A stretch of DNA of 62,157 bases, the filler included, from Craspedostauros australis (Eukaryota), in NCBI GenBank assembly GCA_030167865.1. It is 6 parts of 6 records of this genome, joined end to end, with 100 filler letters (N's around TTAATTAATTAA, not from the genome) between each part and the next. Parts side by side here need not be neighbours in the genome. Positions count along the whole stretch, not along the records: positions 59,418 to 62,157 come from JALAGF010006687.1; 5 more parts are not named here. One strand, given 5' to 3'. Shown one piece after another: positions 60,440 through 62,157 of this stretch. The position numbers were made by a program, and so were the translations under genes. Within the stretch, counting starts at the first letter, position 1; the number at the start of each line of letters is the position of its first letter. The notes beneath the pieces are model-generated. The model was not told the origin of the DNA. It was given only the letters and a program-made list of their open reading frames with translations, and did no database searches.

Positions 60440-62157
60440 TGTTCTCGATGTGTCAAGGTATGACTTCTCGTGTTCACGTTGTAAGTTGGCCTTGATGTTC
60501 TTGGTGAAGCCGTCGCTTGTGTTCTGCTCTGACTTGACGAAGATGATTTTGATGGTCTTGTTGGTTACCATGTTCCTCATGTAGTGATGGCGCACGTTGA
60601 TGTGCCGCGATCATTGGGATGTTGATGGGTTCTTGGCGATGAAGATTGCTCCGATGTTGTCCACNNNNNNNNNNNNNNNNNNNNNNNNNNNNNNNNNNNN
60701 NNNNNNNNNNNNNNTCTTCACTGGGACGCCCACACTTTCGAGTAGCTGCATGACAAAGAAGATCTCTTTTGCTGCTTTGGAAAGAGCAACGTATTCTGTT
60801 TCGGATGAGCTGAGTGTGACGGCCTTCTGTGCTTTGGATCGCCAACAGGTTGGTACCTTGCACAGGTATAGGATGAACCCTCCTACGCTGATTCTCGTGT
60901 TCTTGTCCCCTGCGTATTCGCTATCACAGAAGAGCTCCATGTCCCAGCTGTCGTCGTCTGGACGTGCTAGATGGATCTTCAATCCATAGTCCTTTGTATC
61001 GATCACATACTTGATGATCTGATACATCTCCTTCATTGCGGCCTTGGTGGGCCCGATCAATACCTTGGAGAGTTCCCTCACAGGGTTCACGATATCTGGT
61101 CGCGAGTGCTTGATGAGGAAGAGTAGCATACCGACACCTCAGCGGTATTCGGCATGTTCTTCCAGTCCGACCTTCTGCAGTCCGTTATTGTCGGATGGTC
61201 GTACGATGATTTGGCCCAGGGTTCCCGGTGTCCCATAGCGTTGCATCTTCTCAACCTTGGTTCCGAACTCTTCGATGAGGTGTCGGATGAGATGGGGTTG
61301 ACGCAATGTCGCTCTAGTCTTGTCATGGTTCAGTTCGATGTTGCAGCTGAGATAGTCTCCGAGTCCGCGCTCGATTGTCACCTTGAATTTGCTGCCTTGG
61401 ATGTCCTTCAGGAATGTCTCCAGTGCCTTGGAGTCTCTGCAGCAGAAGCAATCGTCCACGTAGATGGCCACAATCATACTTCCTTTGTTCGTCTTCCTGT
61501 AGAACAGGCACGGGTCTGCTGTGCTCTGTTCGAAGTTGATATTCTTGAGGGTCGACACCAACATCTTGAACCATTGCCTGGCGCTCTGCACAAGTCCGTA
61601 GATTGGCTTGTGTAGAGTCAGGGTTTCGTCTGGTTGATGATCCATTCCGTTGGGGCAGTTCATGTAGATCTCCTCGTCGAGGTCTCCATGTAGGAATGCC
61701 GTTACGACATCGACGAGTGCGCAGTCCATCTTCTTGATNAGCATGATCACCATCATGACCCNATAGGTCACGTCATGGATGACAGGTGAGTAATGCTCTT
61801 GGAAGTCTACTCCTGCGACTTGTGAATAGCCACATGCAACGAGCCGTGCTCGATGTGTGCCGTTATGCTTTAGCTTGAAGACCCATTTGCACTTGCAGCA
61901 TCTGCGGCTGCGTGGGATGGCGTCTTGTTTGATCTTGCTATACACCTTGCGTGTATCCATTGAGTCGAACTCCTTTTTGATGGCTGCTCGATATCCCCTT
62001 CGATGGATGGGATCTGGGTGATTGAAGGCTCCATCGAATGTCGTTGGCTTGATGTGCTTCTCGGATTCTTCGCTCTGGTCCTGCATCGAAAATCTGATAT
62101 CAATCGCTGGTGTCTCGGTAATGATTGCATTCATTCTGTATAGTCCTGTTGTGCTAT
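60440..62157 (-). mobile_element. Ty1/copia element C, RT-RNase H, degenerate (in-frame TGA at 61139-61141, frameshift near 60612)
   Basis: CKWVFKLK, RARLVACGYSQ, VDVVTAFLHGDL, IYGLVQSARQW, IYVDD, SRPDI, FCDSEYAGD, LSSSETEYVAL, VDNIGAI. Confidence 0.95.

Overview
Eukaryotic draft-assembly DNA, most likely from a diatom (inferred from a spliced receptor guanylate cyclase-phosphodiesterase fusion gene, diatom-type Ty1/copia elements and GT-AG introns). Five artificial N44-TTAATTAATTAA-N44 spacers join six unrelated contigs (1-30605, 30706-35990, 36091-41455, 41556-52894, 52995-59317, 59418-62157), so adjacency across them means nothing. Contig 1 is gene-bearing: a GT10 fucosyltransferase, a PWWP-like protein, a 5-exon GC-PDE, a 3-exon AA15-like LPMO and several low-complexity hypothetical proteins. 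The other contigs are mostly transposons: four copia-type segments, a Tc1/mariner-type DD38D transposase and a small TIR family. Main highlights: (1) two copies of a ~0.8 kb TG...CA element, each with its own 6-bp TSD, inserted at similar target sites in one copia gag-pol ORF; both could be removed in frame as GT-AG introns (introner-like, untested). (2) A circularly permuted, membrane-anchored homolog of the bacterial nickel-binding protein NikA, preceded by a tandem array of ~244-290 bp units with invariant blocks.
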